Source of the DNA: an uncultured Verrucomicrobiae bacterium
GTDB taxonomy: Bacteria > Verrucomicrobiota > Verrucomicrobiia > Chthoniobacterales > UBA10450
Assembly (NCBI GenBank): GCA_963801815.1
Contig: CAWDGJ010000003.1
Span: forward strand, 320,001-384,000
DNA length: 64,000 nt
Reading direction: 5' to 3'
Shown here piece after piece: positions 49,683-59,476 of this stretch; the stretch's first letter is position 1, and each line of letters opens with the position of its first letter. The translations under genes were made by a program, and so were the position numbers. The notes below the pieces were generated by a model. It saw only the letters and a program-made list of their open reading frames with translations. It had not been told where the DNA came from and did no database searches.

Positions 49683-51281
49683 TCACAACTGAACGACTTG
49701 CGCAGATCGGATGTCTTCGCTCGCTCGGATTTGTCGCAACAGGTCTTCGGTCGGCACGTTGTCGAGATTCAAGACCGTCAATGCAGTGCCGCCTGCCTGG
49801 TTTCGACTCAATGACATCGTCGCGATGTTTACATCGTGTTCGCCAAGTAATGTGCCGATGCGACCGACGATTCCCGGTCGATCGGTGTTTTCGAGCACGA
49901 GGATCACGCCAGTTGGCCGCGCTTCGACCGGCCGGCTGTTCACGCTCACGATCCGTGGAGTCGCGCCAAAGAATGCGCCGCCGACGGAAACCGTCTTGCC
50001 TTCGGCGTTGGCCGAAAGTTCAAGGAGATCGGTATAATCACCGAGCGCGCTCAACCGCGTTTCGGTTACTTTTAACCCAAGACTTTCGGCGAATGCGGGC
50101 GCGTTCACTTCGTTGACGTCCGTTCCACCGGCGCTTTGCAAAAGGCCTTTCAACACTGCGCGAGTGATCGGTCCGGTGTCGAGCTCGTTCACTTTGCCGC
50201 TGTAATTGATTTTCAGCTCGTCCACCCGGCGTGGCGCGACTTGGGAAAGAAAACGGCCGAGCTTTTCACCAAAGCGCAGATGCGGTCCGATGATCGACAA
50301 GGTCTTGGCGTCGAGACTCGGCATGTTGACCGCATTGCGGATTGTTCCTTCCAGAAGAGCAGCGCGGATCGATTGCGCGATTTCAATTCCAACACTTTCC
50401 TGGGCCTCGGTCGTCGATGCTCCAAGATGCGGCGTTAGAATCAAGTTTGGCGCCGAGCGCAGTGACGAATCTTCCGGCAACGGCTCAACTTCGAAAACGT
50501 CGAGCGCGGCACCGGCCACATGTTTATCCTGCAACGCTGCGGCCAGCGCGGATTCGTCGATCAATCCGCCCCGAGCGCAATTGATGATCCGGACGCCGCG
50601 TTTTGTTTTCGCGATTCCTGAAGCGTCGAGAAGATGGTGCGTTTCGTCTGTCAACGGTGTATGGAGCGAAATGAAGTCTGCGGTTGCGAGCAAGTCGTCG
50701 AGATCTTCGACAAGCTCCACTTGCAGACTGCGCGCGCGCGCGGCGGAGAGGTATGGGTCGTAAGCGACTACGCGCATTCCGAAGGCAATTGCGCGCCGGC
50801 TCAGTTCGCTTCCTATCCGGCCCATGCCGATAACGCCGAGCGTTTTGTTGTAAAGCTCGACGCCTTCAAAATCTTTTCGACTCCACTTCTTGCTGCGCAA
50901 ACTTGCGTCGGCCTGCGGAATTTTGCGCGCGACGTTGAGCAGCAGCGAAAACGCGTGTTCCGCTGTTGAAACGGTGTTGCCTCCAGGCGCATTCAACACC
51001 AGCACGCCGCGTCGAGTTGCAGTCTCAACGTCAACGTTATCGACACCGACGCCAGCGCGTCCGACGACGCGCAATTTTTTCGCAGCGTTTAACACTTCGC
51101 CGGTCACTTTGGTTTCACTTCGGACGATTAACGCCGCGAATTCGGGAATGATTTCAATGAGTTTGTCTGGGGAAAGCTTGAAATGAGTTGCAACGTCAAG
51201 CCCTCCGCTCCGCGACAGTTCGTCAATTCCGCGCTGGGAAATTGCGTCGGCAACGAGAACTTTCGGTGGGGTCACGGTCAA
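49683..51281 (-). CDS. serA: D-3-phosphoglycerate dehydrogenase (with ASB and ACT domains)
   Basis: GRAGVGVDNVD, GMGRIG, NCARGG, TPHLGAST, DRPGIVG. Confidence 0.95.
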   Translation of the reverse strand: MTVTPPKVLVADAISQRGIDELSRSGGLDVATHFKLSPDKLIEIIPEFAALIVRSETKVTGEVLNAAKKLRVVGRAGVGVDNVDVETATRRGVLVLNAPGGNTVSTAEHAFSLLLNVARKIPQADASLRSKKWSRKDFEGVELYNKTLGVIGMGRIGSELSRRAIAFGMRVVAYDPYLSAARARSLQVELVEDLDDLLATADFISLHTPLTDETHHLLDASGIAKTKRGVRIINCARGGLIDESALAAALQDKHVAGAALDVFEVEPLPEDSSLRSAPNLILTPHLGASTTEAQESVGIEIAQSIRAALLEGTIRNAVNMPSLDAKTLSIIGPHLRFGEKLGRFLSQVAPRRVDELKINYSGKVNELDTGPITRAVLKGLLQSAGGTDVNEVNAPAFAESLGLKVTETRLSALGDYTDLLELSANAEGKTVSVGGAFFGATPRIVSVNSRPVEARPTGVILVLENTDRPGIVGRIGTLLGEHDVNIATMSLSRNQAGGTALTVLNLDNVPTEDLLRQIRASEDIRSAQVVQL

Positions 51282-51291
51282 AGTTCAACGT

Positions 51292-52350
51292 TCAATTGTA
51301 ACGACGCAACTCCGCGACCACCTCGATCTCGGCTGTCTGTGGAAACATGTCGAATGGCGTAACCGATTTGATTTCGAAGCGCGACTGCAAATTCGCCAAA
51401 TCGCGGGCAAGGGTGGAAGGATTGCAGGAAACGTAAATTAGTTTGGCGGGCGCAAGATCGGTAATCGTTTCGCGAACCCGGACACTTAGGCCGGCCGACG
51501 GTGGATCGACAATCACGACGGTTTGGTCCGCATCGAAATTTTGAAGTGCTGTGCGCAGGCCAGCTTCCACATCCCCGGCAATGTAGTTTTCTTTCGTGCT
51601 CGCATTTTCCACGGCTGCGCCAATTGCGAACCGGTCCCAATCGATTCCAACCACGCGCTGGAATTTATTGAGCAATGCTTTGGCAAAAAATCCTGCGCCG
51701 CAAAATGCGTCCACGAGTAAATCTTCATTCGCCGGCACAAGATCGACAATCAAGTCACGGAGTGCGCTTGCGATTCCATCGTTCGTTTGGAAAAAAATAC
51801 GCGGACCGGCCTTCGCGCGAAGCGTGTAATGGCCGTCCGGAACATCGCGGGCGCGCAGGTCCGCGAGTTCGCGATTCACACCGTCCATTGCGATCGGACA
51901 TTTCTCGATGTCGATCAATCGATGCGAATCGCGGCGAAAGTATCCGATGATGGCTTCCTGAGCGTGGACGGTGATGCGATTTCGATATGCGTACTCGAGG
52001 GGCGAGGGGATGATCGCCCGCATCGGGATGTCTTTGAGCTTCCCGATTCGCTGCAGGAGATCGCGGACCTGACGCGATTTGATTTCGAGCTGGTGCGGGT
52101 AGTCGATGTGTTGGTAGGCGCAGCCGCCGCAGCGACCAAAATAAGGACAGGCCGGTTCGACGCGATGCGGCGAATGCTTTCGAAGGTCGATAACCTCACC
52201 TTCGGCAAATTGTCTTTTCTCGCGGATGATTTTCGTCGAAACAAGTTCGCCGTCGATGGTAAATGGAACGAAGACGGCTTTGCCGTTTTCGCGCGCGACA
52301 CCTTTTCCGCCAAAGGCAACGTCTTCGATTTGGAGATCGACAATTCGCAT
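51292..52350 (-). CDS. TRAM-domain RNA m5U methyltransferase (RlmD/TrmA family)
   Basis: CPYFGRCGGC, FFQTN, DAFCGAGFF, VDPP, YVSCNP, DMFPQT. Confidence 0.9.
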   Translation of the reverse strand: MRIVDLQIEDVAFGGKGVARENGKAVFVPFTIDGELVSTKIIREKRQFAEGEVIDLRKHSPHRVEPACPYFGRCGGCAYQHIDYPHQLEIKSRQVRDLLQRIGKLKDIPMRAIIPSPLEYAYRNRITVHAQEAIIGYFRRDSHRLIDIEKCPIAMDGVNRELADLRARDVPDGHYTLRAKAGPRIFFQTNDGIASALRDLIVDLVPANEDLLVDAFCGAGFFAKALLNKFQRVVGIDWDRFAIGAAVENASTKENYIAGDVEAGLRTALQNFDADQTVVIVDPPSAGLSVRVRETITDLAPAKLIYVSCNPSTLARDLANLQSRFEIKSVTPFDMFPQTAEIEVVAELRRYN

Positions 52351-52357
52351 CTGCGAC

Positions 52358-52499
52358 AATAGCCCAGCGTTTCAACGCTGGGCTACAGAATAACTTTAAT
52401 CTGCAAGTCCCGCATGGGACGAAAGAATGTTTCTGCCGTGCCTGTCGGCACTTGACCTCATGGTTCAACAAAGACCCGCCTTGAAAGGCTGGGCTACTT
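52358..52499. repeat. REPIN/MITE-like palindromic element (about 140 bp)
   Basis: Terminal inverted arms AATAGCCCAGCGTTTCAACGCTGGG and CCCGCCTTGAAAGGCTGGGCTACTT; internal hairpin GTCCC-gcat-GGGAC. Confidence 0.7.
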
Positions 52500-52549
52500 T
52501 CATCGAAAATCCGCGAGCCGCCACGCCGAAGCGCGGCGTTAGTGAAGAT

Positions 52550-54577
52550 CTAGTTTTGCTGCGCCGCCATCACTCGATCAATCGCAGCTTCGAGGCTCTC
52601 CATCTTCACCGGCTTGACCAGGTGCTCGGCGAATCCGGCGTCGAAACTTTTCTCGATATCTCCGTTCATGCCGAAACCGCTGATCGCGATACCCGGGATC
52701 TGCGAAATTGCGCGCAGGTAGGTCATGAGTTCGATGCCGGTGCCGTCGGGAAGGGCGATGTCGCTGATGAGTAAATCGAACGAGCTACGGGCGGCGGCTT
52801 CCATTGCGGAGCGAACGTTGTGCGCGGCTGCTACTAAATGGCCGCGTCGTACCAACAATCGCTCGAGGGCCGTACAGGTATCGAGATGATCGTCCACCAG
52901 CAAAATGCGCAGTGGCCGGATTTCCGGTGCGGGCATGGCCACGTGCGCCATTCGCGCCGGCGGCGCAACGGTTTTCATCGTCAATGCAAAAGTGGAACCG
53001 CGATCACGGCCTTCACTTCGAGCAATCAGCGTCCCGCCGTGAGCCTGGGCGAGTGATTTGGAAATGGCGAGGCCGAGTCCGAGACCGCCGTAACGCCGTT
53101 GAAGCGCGCGTTCGCCCTGCTCAAACGGGTCGAAAATTCGCTTCATGGTTTCCGGGTCTATGCCGATGCCAGTATCCTGGATCGTGATCACGATCGTTTG
53201 CGGCTCGGGATTGGTCGTCGAAATCAAGATGTCGCCATTTTCACCGGTGAACTTGATCGCGTTCTTGACCAAATTCCAAATGATCTGCTGAAACTTGGCC
53301 GTGTCCGCCAGGACATAGTGTGCGCCGGCGCGCAAGTTAACGCGAAGATTAAGGCGCCGATCCTGTGCCTCGGCTCGGCACATTTCCGCGACGTTTCCAA
53401 TAATCTCGTGCGCGTCGAGCGAGCCGAAGCGCAGCTGAAGTTTGTCCTTCGCGATACGAGTGAGGTCGAGCAAGTCGTCAATTAACTGACTCTCGAGCTC
53501 GACGTTCCGGCGGATCATCGACAACGAACATTTGGCCAGTTCCGTAGGAGAAGTTTCCGCTTCCAGGGCGTCCAGTGCAGCCATTACCGGTGTAAGCGGC
53601 GTCCGGAGTTCGTGCGAAAGCATCGCCAGGAAATTATCTTTGGTCCGGTTCGCGGCTTCGACTTCTTCCTTTTGCTGCTCGATCCCTGCCTGCGCCCGGT
53701 TGCGTTCCGCAATCGCGGCCGCGATTGCCATTGCGGTAATGGTCAGCGCCGCTGTCCATAATTGCAGCATCAGGAGGGAGCGATTCTCAGTCGCCATTAC
53801 AAAGGGCCCAAAGCCGTGCAGTGTTCCCCAAATCGCAATTGAGGAGAGAATAAAGACTCCGGTGGCAGTTTCGCGCGGTGTGAAGCGAAACGCTGTCCAG
53901 ATCACGATCGGCCCGCAAAGAAACGAGACCGGATAATTTCGTGCCGATATTTGAAGCCAACCACCGAACACCAGTTCAGCGAGAACCAACAGCAGCAGCA
54001 GAAGAACGCTGACCTCGATGACTTCCGCGCGATGCCATTTGCGCTGCGTTGTCGGGATGCTCCAAAGCAAAAGCAACGGTGCGAAGACCAAATCTCCTGA
54101 CGCATCGCCGAGCCACCACGTCGTCCAAATTTGCCCGTAGTTGGACCAGTGAGCGAACCCACCCAGTGCAATACTTGTCACGCCAAGCGACGGACTGACC
54201 GTCGTGCTGATCATCGCGGCGAGTGCAAACTTGAAAACATTTTGCGGCCGGTCGAACACCTGCGTTGCGCCGGCGAATCGATTCACCAGCCACGCACCGC
54301 AGACGGCTTCCAGCGCGTTACCGCTGGCAATTCCAAGCGACGTGAAAAAGTTCCCAGCCGTCGTGATGTTGACCAGGAATGCGCCGATAAAAATCGCTGG
54401 CCAGACGCGATAACCAAAAACGAGCAGCGCGGCGAGCGCAATCCCGGCAGGTGGCCAGACTGGTGATGCGCTGGGATTAACAATTGCCAGCTTCAGAGAA
54501 AGGTAGCCGGCGACAAAATAGATCAGCGTCAGAACGCCGATTGCTGGCAGCGTGGGAATTTTCCTGGGATTCAACAT
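52550..54577 (-). CDS. MASE1-domain hybrid histidine kinase
   Basis: SPVWPPAGIALA, WWLGDASG (MASE1); LSHELRTPL, GGLGLGL; C-terminal receiver. Confidence 0.92.
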   Translation of the reverse strand: MLNPRKIPTLPAIGVLTLIYFVAGYLSLKLAIVNPSASPVWPPAGIALAALLVFGYRVWPAIFIGAFLVNITTAGNFFTSLGIASGNALEAVCGAWLVNRFAGATQVFDRPQNVFKFALAAMISTTVSPSLGVTSIALGGFAHWSNYGQIWTTWWLGDASGDLVFAPLLLLWSIPTTQRKWHRAEVIEVSVLLLLLLVLAELVFGGWLQISARNYPVSFLCGPIVIWTAFRFTPRETATGVFILSSIAIWGTLHGFGPFVMATENRSLLMLQLWTAALTITAMAIAAAIAERNRAQAGIEQQKEEVEAANRTKDNFLAMLSHELRTPLTPVMAALDALEAETSPTELAKCSLSMIRRNVELESQLIDDLLDLTRIAKDKLQLRFGSLDAHEIIGNVAEMCRAEAQDRRLNLRVNLRAGAHYVLADTAKFQQIIWNLVKNAIKFTGENGDILISTTNPEPQTIVITIQDTGIGIDPETMKRIFDPFEQGERALQRRYGGLGLGLAISKSLAQAHGGTLIARSEGRDRGSTFALTMKTVAPPARMAHVAMPAPEIRPLRILLVDDHLDTCTALERLLVRRGHLVAAAHNVRSAMEAAARSSFDLLISDIALPDGTGIELMTYLRAISQIPGIAISGFGMNGDIEKSFDAGFAEHLVKPVKMESLEAAIDRVMAAQQN

Positions 54578-54667
54578 TAACCCGACCGCCTGTGCGAATC
54601 GCGTTACCTGTTACGCCGCTTGCAGGCGCGGTCAACCGATTTGTGAATAACCGGGGCCGCGCCGCAC

Positions 54668-55075
54668 TCAGTAATCGCGGCAGTACGGATGCTTCGATTC
54701 GTTACCGAGCTCAGGCGGGAATTCCGAATACCCGGCATGAATCCGAGGCACGTCGTTAGGCAAGATCGGACGGTAGCTGTTGTGCCAGAGCGGAAACGGA
54801 AACGTCAAAGTCTCGAGGAGGCCCGTTGCGTGTCGCGCTGTCGAACGGCCGAGTCCACGAACTACTCCGTAGCCGGCGGCGGCCACGTTGCCTTCCGTCG
54901 TGTTCATTTTGCAAACCGAATCCGGCAATTCGGACGACGCGAACAGAAAATTCGAGACACCGCGGCCAAGCTTGCGGGTCGGTCCACAATCGTGGCCGGG
55001 CGGGTCTTGAATATCGGCATTCACGTTTAGTACCAAAGCCATTCCGAACAAGGGGAGAAACAGATGTTTTTTCAT
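54668..55075 (-). CDS. Secreted protein resembling the TIGR04073 exosortase-system-associated family
   Basis: Signal peptide then RKLGRGVSN...GLLETLTFP pattern (recalled family resemblance). Confidence 0.6.
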   Translation of the reverse strand: MKKHLFLPLFGMALVLNVNADIQDPPGHDCGPTRKLGRGVSNFLFASSELPDSVCKMNTTEGNVAAAGYGVVRGLGRSTARHATGLLETLTFPFPLWHNSYRPILPNDVPRIHAGYSEFPPELGNESKHPYCRDY

Positions 55076-55202
55076 AAGTGTTCCGTTACCTAAACAACTT
55101 ATTCTCGGCGAAGGCAACTTTCGTTCATTCGGTATTCTCCGTACACAGCCCGACTTCCGACCTCCGATCAATGCGCTCCGCCTTGCCAAGCCTTCGATTT
55201 CG

Positions 55203-55922
55203 CTAGCCGTGCGGCGGACCGTAGACATAAAAAAGCACTGAGCGGCTCGCGTCGAACAAGCCGTGCGCGATGATGGCGATCCACAGGTTTCTTCCGGACC
55301 AGAGCACGGTGAGGCCGAGCAAAATTCCGAGTGTCCCGGTGATCAACATTCCGAGTGGATTTTGGTAGGCATGGGACGCGCCGAACAACGCGCCTTGAAT
55401 GATCAATGCCACGCCCCACGCCGCGCGACTGCCGCCGAAAAACATGGCCAGTGCTTGCATGAGAAATCCGCGAAACATAAACTCTTCGTAGAACCCCGCG
55501 CCGATCAGGACGTAAACGACTGCGATAAGAGTGAGCACCAGATTCCCTTGAAGCGTGGCAAACCGGCTGAGGTCGCGATGAAAACCAGCTTTCTCCGAAA
55601 GGTAAATTCCCGCGAACACAACAGCCGCAATCGAAATTCCAATTATCAATGTCCGCGGCCAGCTTTTCGGTCGCCTCAACCCGATGTCAGCCAACCGTTC
55701 ACCCCGCAACCAGATCAAACCGCAGGCGACGACGATTTCCAACAGTTGGACGGTTAATCCAAAGATGTAACCGCCTTCTATCGTCTTCGGTGTGTAAACG
55801 GCTTCCGCGGCGATTTCCAAACCGAACACCACCGCGATGAGAATGACGATGTCGATGAAATATCGGTACCGTCGCGCGGTGCTCGTTTGAAGTTCTTCGA
55901 GTTTGGACTCGTCCTGTGTCAT
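55203..55922 (-). CDS. CPBP/CAAX (Abi) intramembrane metalloprotease
   Basis: EEFMFRG, LFGASH, IIAHGLFD motifs. Confidence 0.9.
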   Translation of the reverse strand: MTQDESKLEELQTSTARRYRYFIDIVILIAVVFGLEIAAEAVYTPKTIEGGYIFGLTVQLLEIVVACGLIWLRGERLADIGLRRPKSWPRTLIIGISIAAVVFAGIYLSEKAGFHRDLSRFATLQGNLVLTLIAVVYVLIGAGFYEEFMFRGFLMQALAMFFGGSRAAWGVALIIQGALFGASHAYQNPLGMLITGTLGILLGLTVLWSGRNLWIAIIAHGLFDASRSVLFYVYGPPHG

Positions 55923-55973
55923 CGCTCAACGTTAGTCGTTGAGCGTGCGACGTGGACAGACTATTTCTGCCGA

Positions 55974-56028
55974 CCTGTGACCTGTGATATCTGACCGCTA
56001 ATCTCTGACCTCCGATCTGTGACTTCCG
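55974..56028. repeat. Degenerate heptad repeat (yCTsTGA)
   Basis: cctgtga cctgtga tatctga ccgctaa tctctga cctccga tctgtga. Confidence 0.6.
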
Positions 56029-56037
56029 TCTTCTAAA

Positions 56038-56403
56038 TCAATGCAGATCTCGCGACCAGCCTGTCAGTTGAAATACGACCAGCACATCCCGGTGATCAAT
56101 CGTGCCGGGTTGAAACTTCCATTTGAGTAGCGTCAGTACGGCGCTGCCATCGAGCTCCCGATGGCCGGTTGTTCGGAGCACTTTTATTTCATCGGCCATT
56201 CCAGTTTTCTTATTGATGACAAGCCGGTAAATGCCCTGGCCTTGGTAACCGAGATGTTCTGATTTCATCGGATACTCCGGGTCCGGTGCCGACAGGGCGT
56301 CTTTCTTATACTGCGCGGGGATTCGCACGATATCAGTCGCGCGAATCGAGCCGACGAAAGCGAACGCGATGAACAATGATAGAATTCCGAGGGATGTTTT
56401 CAT
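56038..56403 (-). CDS. TonB C-terminal domain protein
   Basis: Signal peptide, PDPEYP, TGHRELD, KWKFQP. Confidence 0.75.
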   Translation of the reverse strand: MKTSLGILSLFIAFAFVGSIRATDIVRIPAQYKKDALSAPDPEYPMKSEHLGYQGQGIYRLVINKKTGMADEIKVLRTTGHRELDGSAVLTLLKWKFQPGTIDHRDVLVVFQLTGWSRDLH

Positions 56404-56542
56404 ATGTTTGAAAAATCGGGCGATGTTAGTCACCTGGATGTGTCGTGCACAGTCAAAAACTGAAATCAAAATGCAGTGCAGGAATCACTCAGCGGCTGTC
56501 TTTTGCACTCGGTAACCCTAGACCGTTCTTCAACGCCGAAGT

Positions 56543-58939
56543 TCACTTCGCTGACGCGGCTTCTTTCGGCGCGAGGGAAGCGACGATTTGCTCGAAGCGC
56601 GGATCACCGCGGAGCGGGTCCCAGAAGGGCAACAGTTTTAAGGCGCCGTAGCTCAGCGCGATCGACGCGTCGGGAGCACGCAGCCCCGTTTCCAGTTGCT
56701 GCAAAGCTAACTCCTTGTCGCCCGCCCACGCTGCCGTGATGGCGAAATATTGAAGGACTTTACTTCCGTTGTTGACGTCTTTTTCCAGCGGGGTGAGCGC
56801 GATCGCCCGGCGGCCTTCTTCCAAAGCCACCTCTTTATGTCCGAGAGCAGCGTCGATCATCGCGAGCACGCAGAGAGCCGGCCCGTAGTCCTGCTGCGCC
56901 TGCACGATCTTTTCCTGCTGCGTTCGAGCCGCTTCAAAAGCCGTGCCCGCTCGTGCCTCGTCTTTAGTCATCCGCGCCAGTAACCCTTCTCCAAAGCTGT
57001 GGCTCAGAACAATCGCGCTTTCGCCCCAGCTTTGATTGTCGCCCAGCGCGACGAGCGCTCGTTCAGCCGCAGCCGCATCGCGTTCAGCCAGCGCACACTG
57101 GAACCAGACGTCCGCTGCGGGAGCAATGGCGCTCGGCCCTTGCGCGAGGATTGAGTCAATCGTCTGGTGGAGCGGCCGAGTGTCCGCTTTCCAGAAGAAT
57201 TCAAATTGTGCCCGACTCGCCCGCGTTTCGACGTTGTCGGGCACGATCACTAACGCACGATCAAACGCAGCGATCGACTCGGCATAGCGCCCCAGCACTT
57301 GATAACTGACCGCGATCTGTTGCAGAATATCAAAGTTACGCGGGTCAAGCTCCACCGCGCGCTCCAGGTTCTGCAGACCTTCCTCCTGTTGGCCGCGCCG
57401 ACGCAAAATGTAGCCGGTTAGTTCGAAGACGCGCGGATCATTTGGTAAAGCTCGGCGCGCGCGCTCCAACTCATCCAATGCGCCCGCATAGTCGCGCCGC
57501 CCATAATAAAGAAATTGCGCGCGCGCCAAATGCGTTTCGCCAGCATCTGGCCGCAGCCGATCGGCGGCTTGGAGAGCAGCTTCAGCCAGCGCGAGCCGGG
57601 CCCGAGTATGATCAAAGCCGAACACTGCGTAGAGCTGTTCGTGGGCGTAGGCCAGCTGGCAGTAAGCGTCAAAAAATGAGGGATCGCGCTTCACCGCGTC
57701 ATCCAGTAGCTCGATTGTCTTCCGCACGTCTGGCTCGGTAGTCGCGCTGAAAGCTGCCGTGAGGAGAAGTGACTTCGCCCGGCTGTAAAGGTCGAATGCG
57801 GCCAGATCAGTAGTGGGCGGCTGTTCGATCGCTTTCTTCTCGTTAGGTGAAAGCTTGGCCTGCAACTGGTCGGCAATAGCCTTGGCGATCTCGCTTTGAA
57901 TGGCGAACACATCGGCCAGATCGCGATCGTAGGTCTGCGCCCAAAGATGCGCATCATTGCGGGCGTCGATTAACTGCGCGGTCACCCGAATCTTATTGGC
58001 GGCGCGTTGGACGCTCCCTTCCACCACATGCGCGACACCTAACTGCTGTCCGATATCGCGTAGATTCCGCAGCGCGCCGCTCTTGTATTGCATCACGCTC
58101 GTGCGGCTGATCACTTTCAAATCGGCGATCTGCGCCAGATCGCTCAGGATTTGGTCTTGCACGCCATCGGCGAAGTATTCGTTTTGTTTTTCAGCGCTCA
58201 GGTTCTCAAACGGTAGGACGGCGATGCTCTTGTCGAGCACACCCAAGGCCGAGGTAGTCGGGCGGTGGGAAAAGAAAAAGGTGCCGCCGACAATCGCTCC
58301 CAGCACGAGCAGCGCGACTGCAACCGCCGCCCAGCGCACCTGAGCGCGGCGTTTCTTAATTGCCTGAAACTTCTTCGGCGCTGCGACGTTGCCCACTCCA
58401 TCGCCAGACAGATTTACGATACCGACGCGGACGCCATGTTTCACTTCGCACTCGCCCAAGTCATGCAGATAAGCACGCCACCGCGGATACTGTTCCAAGT
58501 CTTCCGCGACATGCCGCGACAGCAGAACGTGACCGGCATCGCCACAATCCATCACGCGCTGCGCGATGTTAATTCCAGCGCCTGCAATGTTGGCCTGCGC
58601 ATTTAGATCCGTGATTTCGTTAACCGGGCCACTGTGAATGCCCATTCGCACCTGAAGTTCGGGATGACGCTTTAGCTCTTTGCTGATCTCCATCGCACAG
58701 AGCACCGGCGCTTCCGGGTTGTTGCGAAAGACGAGAGCCCCACCATCTCCGGTCGGTAGCCGCAGTAACTTGCCTTCGGCTTGAGCCAGCCGGAACTGCT
58801 CCGTTCCCCACACGATCTCTTTTAGCTTCTGGAGTCGCTCGCTCTGCTCGGTGATGAGCAATTTGGAGTAACCGACGATGTCGATAAAAAGGACGTGGCC
58901 GATCTCTAGCCCGATCTCTTTTTTAGCCTCGGCGGACAC
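56543..58939 (-). CDS. Class III cyclase-like / TolB-like / TPR protein
   Basis: LFIDIVGYS, TGDG, RMGIHSG; KSIAVLPFENLS, KVISRTS; TPRs; WDPLRGDPRF end. Confidence 0.88.
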   Translation of the reverse strand: MSAEAKKEIGLEIGHVLFIDIVGYSKLLITEQSERLQKLKEIVWGTEQFRLAQAEGKLLRLPTGDGGALVFRNNPEAPVLCAMEISKELKRHPELQVRMGIHSGPVNEITDLNAQANIAGAGINIAQRVMDCGDAGHVLLSRHVAEDLEQYPRWRAYLHDLGECEVKHGVRVGIVNLSGDGVGNVAAPKKFQAIKKRRAQVRWAAVAVALLVLGAIVGGTFFFSHRPTTSALGVLDKSIAVLPFENLSAEKQNEYFADGVQDQILSDLAQIADLKVISRTSVMQYKSGALRNLRDIGQQLGVAHVVEGSVQRAANKIRVTAQLIDARNDAHLWAQTYDRDLADVFAIQSEIAKAIADQLQAKLSPNEKKAIEQPPTTDLAAFDLYSRAKSLLLTAAFSATTEPDVRKTIELLDDAVKRDPSFFDAYCQLAYAHEQLYAVFGFDHTRARLALAEAALQAADRLRPDAGETHLARAQFLYYGRRDYAGALDELERARRALPNDPRVFELTGYILRRRGQQEEGLQNLERAVELDPRNFDILQQIAVSYQVLGRYAESIAAFDRALVIVPDNVETRASRAQFEFFWKADTRPLHQTIDSILAQGPSAIAPAADVWFQCALAERDAAAAERALVALGDNQSWGESAIVLSHSFGEGLLARMTKDEARAGTAFEAARTQQEKIVQAQQDYGPALCVLAMIDAALGHKEVALEEGRRAIALTPLEKDVNNGSKVLQYFAITAAWAGDKELALQQLETGLRAPDASIALSYGALKLLPFWDPLRGDPRFEQIVASLAPKEAASAK

Positions 58940-59083
58940 CTCGTGAAGTTATCTGAAAACAAAGCAATTGATAATTGCGCTTTTGCTTGAGAGTCCAGCT
59001 CAAAACTCGCGCTGCCAGGAGCGCGCCCGAGATCACAATTTGCTCATTCTTATGCAATCGATGTATTCTTTTTCGATTTCTTA

Positions 59084-59155
59084 GTTCCCGTAGTTCAACG
59101 GATAGAACAAGGGTTTCCTAAACCTTAAATGTGGGTTCGATTCCCGCCGGGAACG
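59084..59155 (+). tRNA. tRNA-Arg(CCT)
   Basis: GTTCCCG/CGGGAAC acceptor, AGGGT-TTCCTAA-ACCTT anticodon arm, GGTTCGATTCC T-arm; CCA not encoded. Confidence 0.92.
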
Positions 59156-59442
59156 GTTTGTGTGACGCAGTTCGCATGAGACTCTCCGGGGACGCGCGAT
59201 GCGCACACTTCGATTGATTCGCTTTCTCCCGAAAGCTCACCCTTGCGGGCTTCGTCCATGTCGCTCGACTCCCGTCGGCTCCATTCCCGCCGGGAACGGT
59301 TTGTGTGACCAAGCGCGCGAGAGACACTTTGGGAATTCGTTCGAACGTGGACTTCGATTGATTCGCTTTCTCCCAAAAGCTCACCCTTGCGGGCTTCGTC
59401 CAAGTCGCTCGACTCCCGTCGGCTCCATTCCCGCCGGGAACG
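59140..59442 (+). repeat. tRNA-linked tandem repeat (143 bp + 144 bp units plus a third 16-bp core)
   Basis: The tRNA 3' end ATTCCCGCCGGGAACG occurs at 59140, 59283 and 59427. Confidence 0.9.
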
Positions 59443-59476
59443 CAGCTCTGTGTAATTAACCTACGCTTGACCGACG

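Noticed and set aside
59140..59442. CRISPR array interpretation of the tRNA-linked repeat
   Set aside because: The constant part is about 100 bp, there are only two units, the variable parts are partly homologous, and no cas genes are present.
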